Source: Macrostomum lignano (Eukaryota). From it: a stretch of 64,000 nt of DNA. Every line of letters starts with the position of its first letter. Within the stretch, counting starts at the first letter, position 1. The notes under the pieces were generated by a model. That model searched no databases. It was given only the letters and a program-made list of their open reading frames with translations, and was not told where the DNA came from. Positions 48,694 to 62,586 of the stretch are shown piece by piece. The stretch spans positions 706,543-770,542 of the forward strand of contig NIVC01000200.1 in assembly GCA_002269645.1 (NCBI GenBank), written 5' to 3'. A program made the position numbers and the translations under genes.

Positions 48694-51600
48694 TGGGATT
48701 ATTGGGATCTATTTTGGATTTGAAAGCAAGTTTTTAAACTAAATGAATTCTTGCTCGCTAACAAGTGTTTTTTACCATAGACATTAACAATTTGCACGCT
48801 CCAGGGTGATGATTCTGCCAGAGACGAATTTAATCGCAGTTTTCAACATTCGATGTCTATGGCCCAAAGTGCAGGTTGCTATTTATAGAACTAAGTAGAA
48901 TAGAATTAGATTGCAGTTTTGGCAAACTATAATACTTAGCAAAAAGTGTAAAACAAAATGTTGCATGTATTTTACATTAACTTTACTAAAAAAGTCGTTA
49001 TAGCCTTGACAGTGAAATGTGTATAATTAGTAAAACTTCCTCCGCCCTTCATTGATTTTTTTGTTGTATTTTGTTTTAATTTTTGAGTCTTCCTCTTACG
49101 CTTTGCTTTCTTGGATTTTCTGTTTTCCTATGAATCGTCTGTTTTGCAGATTTTCTAAGCCCATATAGCTTGTGTTGGTGCCTTTTGATGACTGAAACTT
49201 GATGTTCTTTCTCTGTTGTTTTCTGGTTTCTTTTATCAGTAAAACACTTAATGCTGTACTGCTCCTTTTGTTGTAGAAGAACAGTAGTATATACAAGTAG
49301 TATGTAGTAGCTATAGCTATTAGCATTGTTTAGTAGATCTTTACTCGATTTAACATCGCTGTGTTGCCTTATCTATTTTGTTTTTAAACTTTTATCTTTT
49401 ACCTCGGAGTGCCTCAGATTTAACATCTTCTCCTCAGTTTCCTACTCTTATGAGTAGGCTAGTATTGTACATTTACTCTATTAATTAAAATGTGATAAAA
49501 CAGTCGAAGTCTATACTCAACGCTCCGTCCATTTTCAAGCGCTTATATAGTTTTTTCTTCTTTTTTTCTAATTTACTGTTTGTGCATGTGATGCAATTAA
49601 TAATATCATTGTTTAAATATTTTGAATAATATTTAATAGCTTTTAAACGTACTATTGCGTAATATTATATTTGATCTGATATTACAATTTAAACAAATTT
49701 CAAATCCGTCCAATTTTTGTCTGCAATCGATAAAATTTTAAGTCTGAATGTATAAACGCTTAACGCTACACTCGATGTGCTGTCCATTTTCAAGCGCTTG
49801 TATAACGCTTTTCTTTTAATTTTGTTTTCTGTCTGTGATGCAAAGAATTATACTGTTTATTTAAATACTTCCCACTGATGTTTAAATATTATTGTTTTAA
49901 TTCGTATTGGTAAAATGTTGCTAATATATACAAAAATTTTATTTTTACATTCTATTCAATTTCCGTCCGTGATCAGAGTAAAATATGTACGATAATGTAA
50001 ATGCCATCAAAATAGATATTTTTTCAGAGATAGTTCTCCAGCAGTTTCAATTGGTTTTAGAGAGCTTTAGAATTATCCTAAACGAATTTTCTCTCCTGGA
50101 GAGAGTTTATAGTTTTTTGTGAATGCGAATCAGATGAAAATTCTGATTAGATTTATGATATGGCAATATTATGCATCTTTTGTTCTATATGTTTGCAACA
50201 AAAAGCGAAGCTGAAATTTTTGTTTTAATTATTTGAGCTTTCTCAAACAATTTTAATTTCAAATACTCCTTGTTTTTATAGCTGTGTATAAAAATGGTAG
50301 ATAGACATTTTTTGTTTTTCTAATATGAGCGTGTCTATCCAATCTATTGTTAACTTTCTCCAGATTCACCCGCCCACCCCGCAGTCAGAATAATGAATGC
50401 GAAAATCAGACGCAAAATTAATAATGAAAGTCATTGAATGACTTTGATAGTTTTGTAATTGAATTACTATGCTTTTGAAAAAATAATCTGTTTTAATCAT
50501 TGATTTTTATGCATATATTAATTTTAACGTCAAAGGTTAATGAAAGTTAAAGGACGTACGTGTGCGAGGGAGGAAAACCGAGGGGTAGATTCAAGGACTT
50601 GGTGAGAGCGAAAGAAGTGCAATACTTTTCATGACCCATTACCCTTTGATTTGAGTTGGCACCAATTCATTTGAGAGTAGAGAGGCACCAGCACCGGGGG
50701 CTTTAGCAGGACCAAGGGGCGCCAGCATAAAGGGGCCGCGGCCTCCCTTGCCCAAGACCTCTAAACTATAGACTTGTATGCTTATATAGTCGTACGAACT
50801 CACCCAGCTCAGCAACCAGGTAAAACTGTTAATACTCGTAAGAATAAAGAAAAAGCCGACTGTGTGCAAGCTGCAGGAGCAGAACATGGTAGACTTCTAG
50901 ATGAGGTTAATCAACTCAAGATGCATATGCTAGCTATCCAGAAGCAATTCTCGAGACTGCAAGCAAGTCAACCCCCCCCCCCCCCAAAATATGCATTTGA
51001 TATGCAGTTACAATCAAAAAGTTTTGATCGGGTAAATCTCTTTTTTTAAGACTTACATATTTACTAAGCATTGGGGAGGCAATGCAGACAAAATCTGCCG
51101 CGTGGCGAGTGTATAGCTAGTCTATTGCAGCGGGGAATAACTCACGGCAGATTCTCTACTAGCGAAACGTACTGCAGGGTACGTGGGACAGACAAGGGGT
51201 CAACTAATTAAGTTATTTTAATTTATTACTCTCGAAAGTACATGTAAGAGTATTTTCTGGCATGGTGGGGTTTTAGCAATAAGAGTGCTTGCTTATACTA
51301 CTAGCATTATAAGATCCTACTGACTAAGAAGTATCAAATTATTGCACTTGAAAATGCCTAGAAAGAATTACATCGTTCTTGGAAATCTGTTTGAGATAAG
51401 AAACCGCGCACTTGTCAAGACTACGGAAGAATTTCTACAGAATTCCCCTAATCCTGAAGCGCTCGGTTGAAATCTCTGCTATCTCATCTGCATCATCGCA
51501 AATGCATGCGCGTCGATGCCTCCACCACGCGGCGTCCCCTGTCGATCTGGATACGGACGACTTGACGTTGAATCATCCCAGTGAGGAAGTGATTCAACCG

Positions 51601-52396
51601 GCGTGAAAATGGATTTTGTCGAACTAAAGCCACTCTGATGTCATGCTTCAGCCAGGTGTCGGTGACAACGAATCCATGCTGTCACTCGCGTCTGCGACAG
51701 TCACTCCTTGGCCAACTCCAGCGAGCACCCAGTTGACAAATCTCATTCAAGTCGAGGCCAGTCAGCTAGTGGACGCTGTACTGTTCGTACCGCTTGACAA
51801 CCTCCGGAATCGAGGCGCTACTCATTTTGCCACTACGATCGCTTCCACATCTGACTAAACATGCATGGGGGCGTTGGCCTGCGCCGATCTGCTGCCGTGT
51901 AACGGGCTGGGAATTTGACTCCGTCGGCTTAGTACTGATACTGCTGTTCGACTTGACGCAGTACTTTCTGCTGAGCTCTTGGTGTAGTGCGGCTTCGGAG
52001 CCCTGTTCGTCGCAATGTTTGCCTATCTGGCTGATACAAGTCGCAATTAAGACCGCGATACTGCAATGAGGGCTTCGTTGAGGTTACCTTCGGCTTAGCT
52101 GGTGTTGTTATCGAGCTGATACTGATTTAGTTGACAAACGTACGGCGCCGGTGATGAAAGCGAATCTCGAACAAGACTCTGCTTCTGCCCTACAGCAACA
52201 TCGCTGGCCTGTTTCATAGCAATACTCGTCTGTCCTTAACACTGGCTCTACATACTATTTGCCTCATTTTGGCATCTACAGCGCAAGCCTCATTGGCTCG
52301 TCAGTATAGTTAACAGTCTACCAAATGAACTAACCGTTCTGTCTGGATTCCGTGTTCATTGAATTGGCTACTTGTTGGAAGCGAGCTCAAGTAGCT

Positions 52397-53352
52397 CCCT
52401 GTCTCTTGGTCGGCGTCCCTGTCTCTTGGTCGGCCCGGCCCTGTCCCTGGTCGGCGCGGCCCTGACTCTTGGTCGGCGCGGCCCTGTCCCTGGTCGGCGC
52501 GGCCCTGACTCTTGGTCGGCGCGGCCCCGTCCCTGGTCGGCGCGGCCCTGACTCTTGGTCGGCGCGGCCCTGTCCCTGGTCGGCGCGGCCCTGACTCTTG
52601 GTCGGCGCGGCCCCGTCCCTGGTCGGCGCGGCCCTGACTCTTGGTCGGCGTGGCCCTGTCCCTGGTCGGCGCGGTCCTGTCCCTGGTCGGCGCGACCCTG
52701 TCCCTGGTCGGCGCGGCCCTGACTCTTGGTCGGCGCGGCCCCGTCCCTGGTCGGCGCGGCCCTGACACTTGATCGGCGCGGCCCTGACACTTGGTCGGCG
52801 CGGCCCTGACACTTGGTCGGCGCGGCCCTGACACTTGGTCGGCGCGGTCCTGTCCCTGGTCGGCGCGGTCCTGTCCCTGGTCGGCGCGGTCCTGTCCCTG
52901 GTCGGCACAATCCTGTCCCTGGTCGGCACAATCCTGTCCCTGGTCGGCACAATCCTGTCCCTGGTCGGCACAATCCTGTCCCTGGTCGGCACAATCCTGT
53001 CCCTGGTCGGCACAATCCTGTCCCTGGTCGGCGCGGCCCTGACTCTTTGTCGGTAACCCCTGTGTCCTGGTCGGCAACCCCTGTGTCCTGGTCGGCAACC
53101 CCTGTGTCCTGGTCGGCAACCCCTGTGTCCTGGTCGGCAACCCCTGTGTCCTGGTCGGCAACCCCTGTCTCCTGGTCGGCAACCTCTGTCTCCTGGTCGG
53201 CAATCCCTGTCTCCTGGTCGGCAACCCCTGTCTCCTGGTCGGCAACCTCTGTCTCCTGGTCGGCAATCCCTGTCTCCTGGTCGGCAACCTCTGTCTCCTG
53301 GTCGGCAATCCCTGTGTCCTGGTCGGCGCGGCCCTGACTCTTGGTCGGCGCC
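52397..53352. repeat. GC-rich 21-bp minisatellite with successive variant blocks (core GTCCCTGGTCGGCGCGGCCCT), ~45 copies
   Basis: Directly visible; at least four variant domains share TGGTCGGC. Confidence 0.94.
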
Positions 53353-54024
53353 CCTACCCCCCCCCTCTTTGAGCCGGTGAATGTCATGTCCAACAGTCAT
53401 ATGCAATAGGTTGAGCTTCCTTTATTCTTCGAGCTTACGAGTACATGTACATGATGGTTTTTAGGTTTTGGGTCAAAATTCCACAAAAAACTTTTTAGGC
53501 ACAATTTCGTGAAAATCGTGCACTCGCGAAGACCGACTAATCTCTCGCTGAAATATGTTTTAGCATTAGTGTATGATATTTTTTCCGAGTTTGTTTCCTA
53601 AATTTGTCTACAAGCAGTATGCTACATTGCAGTAGTGTTTTCTTCTAAACAGTTGAATTTTTGCAACGATTTTTTTGGCATTATATTTCAATGAATTTCG
53701 TCATAGATCAATACGGGCAAAGAAAATCCGTCTACAGACGTTCTTTGGTTATAGCAGCTGTTTGCTTAAGTTCGTATTGTTTTTGCTGCTAAACGACAGC
53801 AACGATCGTTCCGTTTTATTTTGTTATACGTGCACATGGACGACTAAGCCATACTGCACTATAGTAGCAGAGTGTTGCAATATTTGCAGAGACGTGTACA
53901 TGTATGCTCAAAAAAGATGGTGCAGTAAATACCGTAGTACTTGAAAGTATACCACAAACTAGCACGCAAAAAAATTTTTCCAAGAAATCTCACTCGTATT
54001 TTTTTTCGCTTTCGGAAGTCTGCT

Positions 54025-54462
54025 TCCGTTTTTCGGGGGTTTGCTTTCGGCTTTCGGGGGTTTGCTTTCGGCTTTCGGGGGTTTGCTTCCGGCTTTCGGG
54101 GGTTAATTTGCTTTCGGCTTTCGGGGGTTTGCTTTCGGCTTTCGGTGGTTTGCTTTCGGCTTTCGGTGGTTTGCCTTCGGCTTTCGGTGGTTTGCCTTCG
54201 GCTTTCGGGGGTTTGCTTTCGGCTTTCGGTGGTTTGCCTTCGGCTTTCGGTGGTTTGCTTTCGGCTTTCGGTGGTTTGCCTTCGGCCTTCGGTGGTTTGC
54301 CTTTGGCTTTCGGGGGTTTGCTTTCGGCTTTCGGTGGTTTGCTTTCGGCTTTCGCGGTGGTTTGCTTTCGGCTTTCGGTGGTTTTTTTGCCTTCGGCTTT
54401 TGGGGGTTTGCTTTCGGCTTTCGGGGTTTTGCTTTCGGCTTTCGGTGGTTTGCTTTTGGCTT
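54025..54462. repeat. 20/21-bp minisatellite (TTTGCTTTCGGCTTTCGGTGG)n, ~21 copies
   Basis: Directly visible. Confidence 0.92.
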
Positions 54463-55016
54463 TCGAGCGCTTGCTTGTTATTATCGGGTCTTTCGGGAAC
54501 CTGCGCTTAATCAAGTCATCAGCGCTAGTAGCCACTGATATGCAGCAAACAGTCAGCCCGACGACAAGCAGAAACAGTGCTATCCTGATATACACTTAAT
54601 TTGCTAATTTAGGCTTGAAACAGACAAATAGAAACCTGAGAATCTCGAAGGTATACGGCCGTAGATCAGCTGCAAACGGTTGTGAGTTACGAAGTTGTGA
54701 AATGGAACCGAGCTATTTAGTTGATATAGTTCTGAAATAGTCCATTGCGCAGAGCTGCCACGTGGAAGTTAGGGAAAAACGTAACTTTAATGCAAATTTC
54801 TTGCAATCCTAGGTGATTCTCTGCCTTCGAGCAAAAGAAATGTATGAAAAAATAGCAGAAAAAATGAAAGTAGGGTATTCTGTAAATTTTTCAAACAGCA
54901 TTAACTCAGCATACATTTTCGTGGCTAAAATTTTTAAAATATTGAATTCGAAGTTTAGGGATTTCGACTTGGCAGTTCCATACAATGTTATAAATAAAAA
55001 TAAATTGTCTCTCTAC

Positions 55017-55017
55017 A

Positions 55018-55064
<47 letters not shown>

Positions 55065-55128
55065 GTGTGTGTCTGTCTGTGTCTGTGTCTGTCTGTTTGT
55101 CTGTCTTGTGTGTCCGTCTGTCTCTGTC
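55017..55128. repeat. (TGTC)n microsatellite
   Basis: Directly visible. Confidence 0.9.
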
Positions 55129-55810
55129 TTTGTAAGAAGGATCCTACTGCAAGGATTTACTTTTCGGACTTATAAGAATTTTTTGCAGTTTATTAGAATT
55201 TTTAACAAATACATCTACACTGAGTTTTTGCCTACTTTTCAGTTAAGCTTTTTTTAATCTCAAAACAATAAGGTTATTTTTTTTCATTAGGAAACCCTAG
55301 CGACGGTAATAACGATTGACTAATTTAGTCATTAACGATTGGCTGTTTATTATTTTTGCGCAAGTTTAAACGCGAAATTTAGAAACTAGTTCAAGTACTA
55401 AACATGGATGATGGATCCAGGCTTAACGAATAAGCTCCACAATTAGGCCTGATCATGATAATTTGTTGCTTTTGCATACATATACCTGATGCTATAGTAT
55501 CATATCATTTTAGTTAGTCATTTATAGTAATTTCTATATTGCTTTTCTAGGGCCTTACTAGGGCCTATTGTCTGATTCAGTAATTGTTGATGGATGTAAC
55601 TTGTCTAGTGTCTAGTGCTTTTCCTAGGGGGGCTATATGACTATATAATCCTTTTTAACCTATGTTATTATTAGAAGGGACATGGGGGATAGCATTGTGC
55701 ATTGACTTTCCTATCTGTCAACAGATAAAGTAGGTAGGTAGACCCTAGGGCTAGACTCTGAGCCTATTGTATACTTATGCAGATTTAGGCCTATTAGACA
55801 TTATTGCCAT

Positions 55811-56210
55811 TAGAGGTTAGACTGAATCCTGATCCCAATCTTGAATCCTTGGGATCCCAAGGAAAATTGGATTCCTGCGGGATTGGGATCCCAACCTTAA
55901 AAAAGGGAATCATGAATAGGTATTTTGGTTCAAAATTTATAGAGTTGATAATTGGTTGAATGCATTTTGTTTTACTTGTACTCATTATATTGTTACAATC
56001 CTTTGGTTAGGCCCCTATAAAACTTTGCATCATTCTTTCATGTTTTATCTCTTGATTTTAACAATAACATTGTTTATTCAACTTTGTTAGCAAATGCTGC
56101 TTGTAGGCCTAATATTTTAAAGACCTGATCCCAATCTTGATGCCAAAAAATTTTTTTCCCAATCCCAATCTAGCAATCCCATCCAATGATTTTAATCCGT
56201 CCAACCTCTA
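55811..56210. mobile_element. 400-bp hAT MITE
   Basis: TIRs TAGAGGTTAGAC / GTCCAACCTCTA. 8-bp TSD ATTGCCAT (55803-55810) and ATTGCTAT (56211-56218). Subterminal ATCCCA/TGGGAT repeats. Confidence 0.8.
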
Positions 56211-58365
56211 ATTGCTATTGGTCTAGGGCCTATATCTATTGTATTTAGATGTTAACCTTGGCTTGCCTTTACTTATAAGATAAACCTGTCCTAGCATACA
56301 TGCCCAATATCTGTCCAAACTAGATGGGTGAAATAGCTACTAGCCAAGGTAAGTCACAAAATCAAAAACACAAAATATGAAAAATTGGAGGAGGAAAGGA
56401 GAGCAAAAGAAAGAAAAGAAAGGAGGAAAAAAAGAAAGAGGGAAAAAAGGAAAAAAGCAAAAAAGGCAAGAAAAGGCAAATACAAAGTGAAAATTGAGTT
56501 GCAATCAAGAGGAACTAAGTCATAATTAGAAGGAACTAAGTTGCAATCAGGAGAAACTAAGTTGCAAATCTAAACAAAACTAAGTTGCACTGGATAGGTG
56601 AAATTTTGAAGTTAGGCTTAGGCATAAATGAATCCTAGGCTTATTATAAGAATATAGAGACAAGTAGACCTAAGCAATTTTAAAAGGAATAGGGGCCTAT
56701 CTTACATAATAAGTTATATTATAGTTTTATATTTGAATTTATATTCATTATGACTTTTGAGATAAAACTAGACAAGGTAAGTCATTATCAAAGAAAAATA
56801 TAAAAGTTATATTTTAATTTTTTATTTAGGCCTATTCATAGGCCCTATCAGATATAGAAATTTTCTTTTTATATAAGCATTACTAATACTAAGATCAGAA
56901 GGTCACAGCTCTAGATAGTTTATATTGCTTAAAGTTAGAGTTCCACCATAGCTAGGCCTATAGATATAGCCAATGTTTGGTACAATATCATGTAGGCCAC
57001 AATTAATTTATGCTAGTTAAAAGCCTTTTCTGTTAAGGCAATTGATGATACTCAAAAAATTATCAGTGAAACCAATATTCCAATATCCTTTCTGAAAAAA
57101 TATCACCAATACCTGAAAGTTCAATACCCAAATTAGATTAATTGGCAATACCCTAATTCCAATACTCTATTCCAATACCTGATTTTTGCAAAAAGAAATG
57201 TTTAACAAATAGAAAATGCATATAATTTAAGCTTCTTAGAGTCAGACCTCCTTGGTTTTTCAAGCAAATAAAGCAAGCTTAGCATTGTTTTAAATGATAA
57301 AACCTTTTGCAGTAAAAAAATAAAATTAATGAATGAAAACCAATAGTCACCACTATAGTCAATCATTAACTATTTACTAGCCCTTGTCTTTATACCTATT
57401 AGTACTATTATAGTTTTAGCATAGTATGGCTGCCTGTTAGTCTGCAATTGATGCATCTGCACACTTAACCTCAGCCTTGTTTTTTGGGTTAGGTACATTT
57501 ACATGTATATATAGCCAGCTAGCCAGCTAGACCAAATGCTCTAAGCCAAGGTATAGGCTTTAAAGCCTTACTTCTGATTTGGATTTGGTAACACCTTGTC
57601 TCTCTGCTCTTTATACATGTAAACCTCAGTAAATTGTGTCATTTCTCTTTCCTTTACTCAACTTTGCCTTATCCAATATATGTATATGCCTAAAATATTG
57701 CATTTATTTATTTATTCCCAACTATTGACATGTATGCATCATTCACTAAATTTCTTATATGACTATAGTGTAGTACTCGTGTATATTTACTATCTTATAG
57801 AAATTGTAGAAACAAATAGCAATCAGTAGCTAAAAGTATTGGACTATTAGACTATCTGGAAAATTTGAAAATTGTATCGGAAGTTACCAAACTCTAATAG
57901 TATCAGAGTATTGAAATATCTGAATTGTGCCTAACACTGGATATAGCTATAGTAAGTTATTGATATAGAGGTTTTTTGGCAAAGCATATAAATGTGGATC
58001 TAGGGTCCAGATTATGTAGTAGTTTATGCCACAACAATAATTCTATCTTGACAAAATGTATGCCAATATATGCCAAAAATGGAAAATATGCCTAAAATTT
58101 ATACCAAAAAAGTTCTCTTAAAAAGTGATTTGGTTTTTACAAGTTGAGTTTCCTAGAAAAGGTTTATGTAAGGAAGTTCTTTTTAAAATAATATAAATAT
58201 TCCAATTTTAAACAAAATTAATAAATACCTTTAGAAATAATGCTGTGTAATTAAAGTTTTTAGCAATATTTTTACTCTTTTTCTGGGTTTTTTTGTCCAT
58301 AGCTTGGGTTTGGCACCCTGTGCTAGATTTCAGGGTGCAATTTTCAAGACCAGGATGCTATTTGC

Positions 58366-61300
58366 TAGGGGTAGGACGTGATCACGATCGTGATCACGAT
58401 ATCGTGAATTCACGACCTTTTTCAGTGTCGTGAATTCACGAGTCGTGAAACATTTTTCACGTGCGTGATCGTGATTGTGGGTTTCTTTCAGCTTCAGATG
58501 TTACTATGTTTATACTTTTCAGTTCCCCAAACCACAATCGTGTACAGTCCTAAATGTAGACTTACTTGGTTTTTGTTTTTCTTTTCAAATACAACGAATG
58601 TGTTTTAACACAAAACTTACAGAATAGAGTTTTCAGTTTACTTTACTTAGTTCAGAAAGTTCGAAGTTAAAGTGGATTTTCGAAGTTCAAAGCTTACTGC
58701 CTTATTCTTTTCAATCTTTTGTTTATTTTGTAAAATGTAAAATTAAAACTGAAAAGCACTGAATGAAAATATAAATTGTATATATGTATGACTGTATATA
58801 AATTTCACTACATGATACGATGATAGTACATGACATGTACAGACAAGTGTTTGTTAACTTGCTTAGCTGCCTACAGAACTGAAAACAGTGAAAAGTGAAA
58901 AACAGAAAAGCTTATCAGTGTATGAATATGAAGTATAAAAGAGTACATGTAGGTTTACTACTTTACTTTTACGTTCTACACATATAGTGTTATTACAATG
59001 ACTAATTTAAGTCTAATCTATACTATACTAGCTACATGCAAAAAATCATACTACAGAGTCTACAGACTACAGAGTACACAGCTACACACTATAGCAACAG
59101 TTATCTATTCCTTATCGATAAACTTTTTCTTGTAGCTCCAACTCTACTTGTTCTATAGTCTTTGATTATTTATTTTCTCTATCATTATCTTGTCTCTCTG
59201 ATCTCAATCTTCAAAAAAGTAAAACTAATCACTAATCAGCAATAACAGCAATGAATTGAATGGACCCTGCTCATTTCTCTATGGGTCAAACTTCCGAACA
59301 TTATAGTTAATAAAAACAAGCTTTTCAACGGTTTCGCCAAGCAGGCGACGTCGTTTCGGCTCGTAGATGTTTCCAACGTTGCTGAAGATACGCTCACTTG
59401 GAACACTGGTAGGTGGTGGTCCCAGAAATTTCCGAACAAGTGCTGACATTGCAGTTGATGGAGTCTTGTCTCTCCAGAACTTCATTGGGTCTTCCTCAAA
59501 TGGAAGTCGAGGCTCTGATAGGTAGGCTGCCATTTCACGAGCCAACTTGTCCATAGCATTGCCTCTGTTTGAAACTGGCAGTAGCGTTCCGGCCCTAGAC
59601 AGGTCACGCAGAGTTGCAGCTGCAGCACTAGAAGTAGAAGACTTCTCGAACAGGGCTGACATAGATAGCTGCTGAGGCTGAGACTCAGTTTGTCTAAAAA
59701 GGTGAAATTAAAAGTTAAAAGTTAAAACAAAGAGAACTTTGATATATTAGTTATAAAATTTATAACTTACAGATGTAGCAAATGTAATTTATAATTTAAT
59801 TTTTTTGTTACATGTACATGTACATTGAATTATGAAATAGAGGAAATACTCACGGCTCAGTTTCGATAGATACATCGGAGAGGTCCTCGTCTATGGCTGT
59901 ATCGCCATCAACAGTAGGAAGAGAAGTTTCACGCAAAATTTCATTCATTGCTTTTACGAGCTCAGCCTTAGCAAAGTTGCGCTGCTCTTCATCGAAAAAA
60001 TCTAGCCGGAAGCGTGGGTCTAACATCGTAGCAACAATGTGGTGGTGACTCTTTTTTTCGTCAGAGAAGCGTTGAGTCAACCCTTTCACCAGGTCGTCTC
60101 GAAGGTACGTGATGCCAAAGCAGTCTACCTGCTGCAGATGCTCCAGCGACACTTTCACCATCGGCAAGATACACGAGATGCTGGCAGTTTCCCTGCTGAC
60201 TTCTAGCGTAAAAACCTCAAAAATCTCAAGAAGTTTGACAGCTTTCTTTGAAACATCTGACTCATTGTCCGTCAGGATTTCAATTGGTCGGTGTCTGGTG
60301 CGATAGACACTAAACGCTTCCTCTTGCTCGTTGATTCGGCGTAACATGGCTAGTGTTGAATTCCAGCGTGTGTCTACATCTTGCACGAGGCTGTGTGTTG
60401 GTAGCTTCAGCTGGAGCTGCAGTGTTTTGAGGTTTGCTTGAGCGGTTACAGAGTGGTGGAAGTGGCCAACAATGCTCCGTGCTTTGTCAAGTATTGTCTT
60501 CAGTCCTCGATGACCGGAGATGGAATCCTTAACAACAAGGTTCAGCTTGTGGGCAGCACAATGGGCAGATGGTACTTTCAGAAGTTCTCCTGCAAGCTTC
60601 ATGTTGCTGGCCCCATCACGCAGGAGGAGGCTGACTTGCTCTAAGCCAATGCCCCACTCACCAAGGGTTGTCGAAAAAACGGCCGAGATGTTAAGCCCAG
60701 TATGGGCATCAGTGAATGGCTTTACGCACAGTAAAAGCTGCTTACGCTCAAAATCTGGCGTGATAGAATGGATTGTGAAGGACATGAGTGCCAACTGGCC
60801 GTCACTCCACAAGTCACACGTGAAACCGAAATCTCGCAGTCTGTCTATTTCGTCCTGGACCTGCAATTTAATTTCTTCATAGAGAGTCTCTAGCTTGTCA
60901 TGATAAAATCGAGTGCTCTTCAATCGATATTGCGGACATGCTTCTTTCAACAGATCGCGAAAGCCTTCACCTTCTACCACAGAGAATGGCTGTGAATCCA
61001 ACACAATAAAGCGGAGAATTTTTCGATCAATTGCAACCGAACGAGGGTGCGAATCCGACCATTCTTGAGCATTTGCTTGAGCAAACATTGTGCTCAACTT
61101 CTGCTGCTTCAATGGTTGTGGTCCATCTTTACATTTTGGCTTTGCACGATCTGCCTCAGTGTTTAGGAGCTCTTTGAATTGAATTGGATGGCAGGATTCT
61201 ATGTGTCTTCGCATGCTGCCTGTTGATCCTGTGTTTCGTAGAACCTCCTTCTTACAAGCTAGGCAAGCAGCAGAATTCTCTTTTCCTTCAACGTCTTTAA

Positions 61301-62586
61301 AGTACAACCACACAGCACTGCCTCTTCCTCGAGGTTGCTGGGTTGGCTTATCAACAGAGGCCATTGCAAATGAATGGCTGAAATTGTTTGATTTGTAAAT
61401 TGTAAATTGTAATGTAATATTGTGTAATTGCCTATTTTAATTTGCTAGGTAGAAAAGCAAAGAAAAAACAAGTATTATATTATTTTAAATTAAAATATTT
61501 ATTTATATTTTAAATAAAATATTGCATAGTATAGCAGTATAGTGTAAATGTAAAGTCACTACAGACTTTAAAGTCAAATAGGCTAGAAAAAAATATTTTT
61601 AGACTAACCATATAGATTAGAAATATACTACTATGCATCAGGCAATCAGGCATACATATTCAATATACCAGTGTACCACATGATAGTACTAGTACATAAT
61701 AGTTAATACTATATTGAATATTGAATATTATTCATTATTCAATTCAATTCAAGAAGAAAAAGTATTTAATATTTGTGTTTGACTATTATTATTACTATTA
61801 ACAAATGACAATAACAATAGCAAATAACAATTTAATTTAGCATATCCATCAAGTATATTTGCTACTTAGTACTTAGACTTAGTCAACCTTAATTTTTAAT
61901 TTACAGCAATTTATTTTAGTAAAAAATACTATGCTTATATATTAAAAATTATTAGTTATAAATTATAATTACTAAATAACTATTAGACAATCAGATTATA
62001 AAATTATGCTCTAGTATCTACTATCTATCTGTATAGTATCTAATCTATTTATACATTATTATAGCATAAAAATAATAAGAAGAAAGAAAAACTCAAATAT
62101 GCAAATTCATGATCAAAATGAAATGAAATTTTTGTTTTAACTATTTATTTAATACTAAATTCTAAAATAGTAATAGTAGCAAATACTACTTTTAAATTAA
62201 AAATTTAAAAATAAAAATACTAAATAGTTACAGCTTTCAGCTTAGTTTGAGCTTTGAGAAAGCCAAAAAGCAACACAAATGTCTAAGAAGTAAGAACTTC
62301 TTACTTCTCAGCCAGACTCTGAGTTCCTTCTCAACCAGAGAAGAAAGCCAGATGGGCAGATGCAGATGGTATAAGCTGATGGTATAGAAGCACTTAAAAA
62401 TAGAATCAAACACATTAACTGATAGAAAAATTCAAATTTGAAGAAAAAAAAACAAAATTTGAACGGAAATTTTTTACTTTTAATTTTTCACGAACCAATC
62501 ACGATCACGATCACGATCACGGCAAAGCTGAAATTATTCACGACTACTCACGCCCGACCCAAAAATTTTTGCTCGTCCGACCTCTA
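58366..62586 (-). mobile_element. Full-length hAT (Ac/ZBED-like) DNA transposon, 4221 bp
   Basis: Perfect 8-bp TSD CTATTTGC (58358-58365; 62587-62594). Imperfect TIRs TAGGGGTAGGACGTG / reverse complement TAGAGGTCGGACGAG. TCACGA/TCGTGA subterminal repeats at both ends. Transposase inside. Confidence 0.95.
59279..61364 (-). CDS. hAT transposase with BED zinc finger, 2 exons (61364-59854, 59693-59279), 641 aa
   Basis: BED finger SAVWLYF...CLAC...H..SCH. Catalytic FTCDLWS and LLRDGASNM, CAAH motif, TRWNST, and the C-terminal dimerisation domain with SVPSERIFS. A phase-2 intron (GTGAGT...TTTTTAG) joins the two ORFs with no stops. Confidence 0.93.

Noticed and set aside
49510-49900. Degenerate ~255-bp tandem duplication (TCCATTTTCAAGCGCTT core)
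   Set aside because: Two diverged AT-rich copies with no additional structure; ordinary local duplication.
50774-51049. Coiled-coil-like ORF (LLDEVNQLKMHMLAIQKQFSRLQ) with a possible donor near 51030
   Set aside because: Short, no recognisable homology, and no convincing flanking exons.
52310-53406. Three overlapping ~340-aa ORFs
   Set aside because: All frames are open across a GC-rich 21-bp array; no coding signal.
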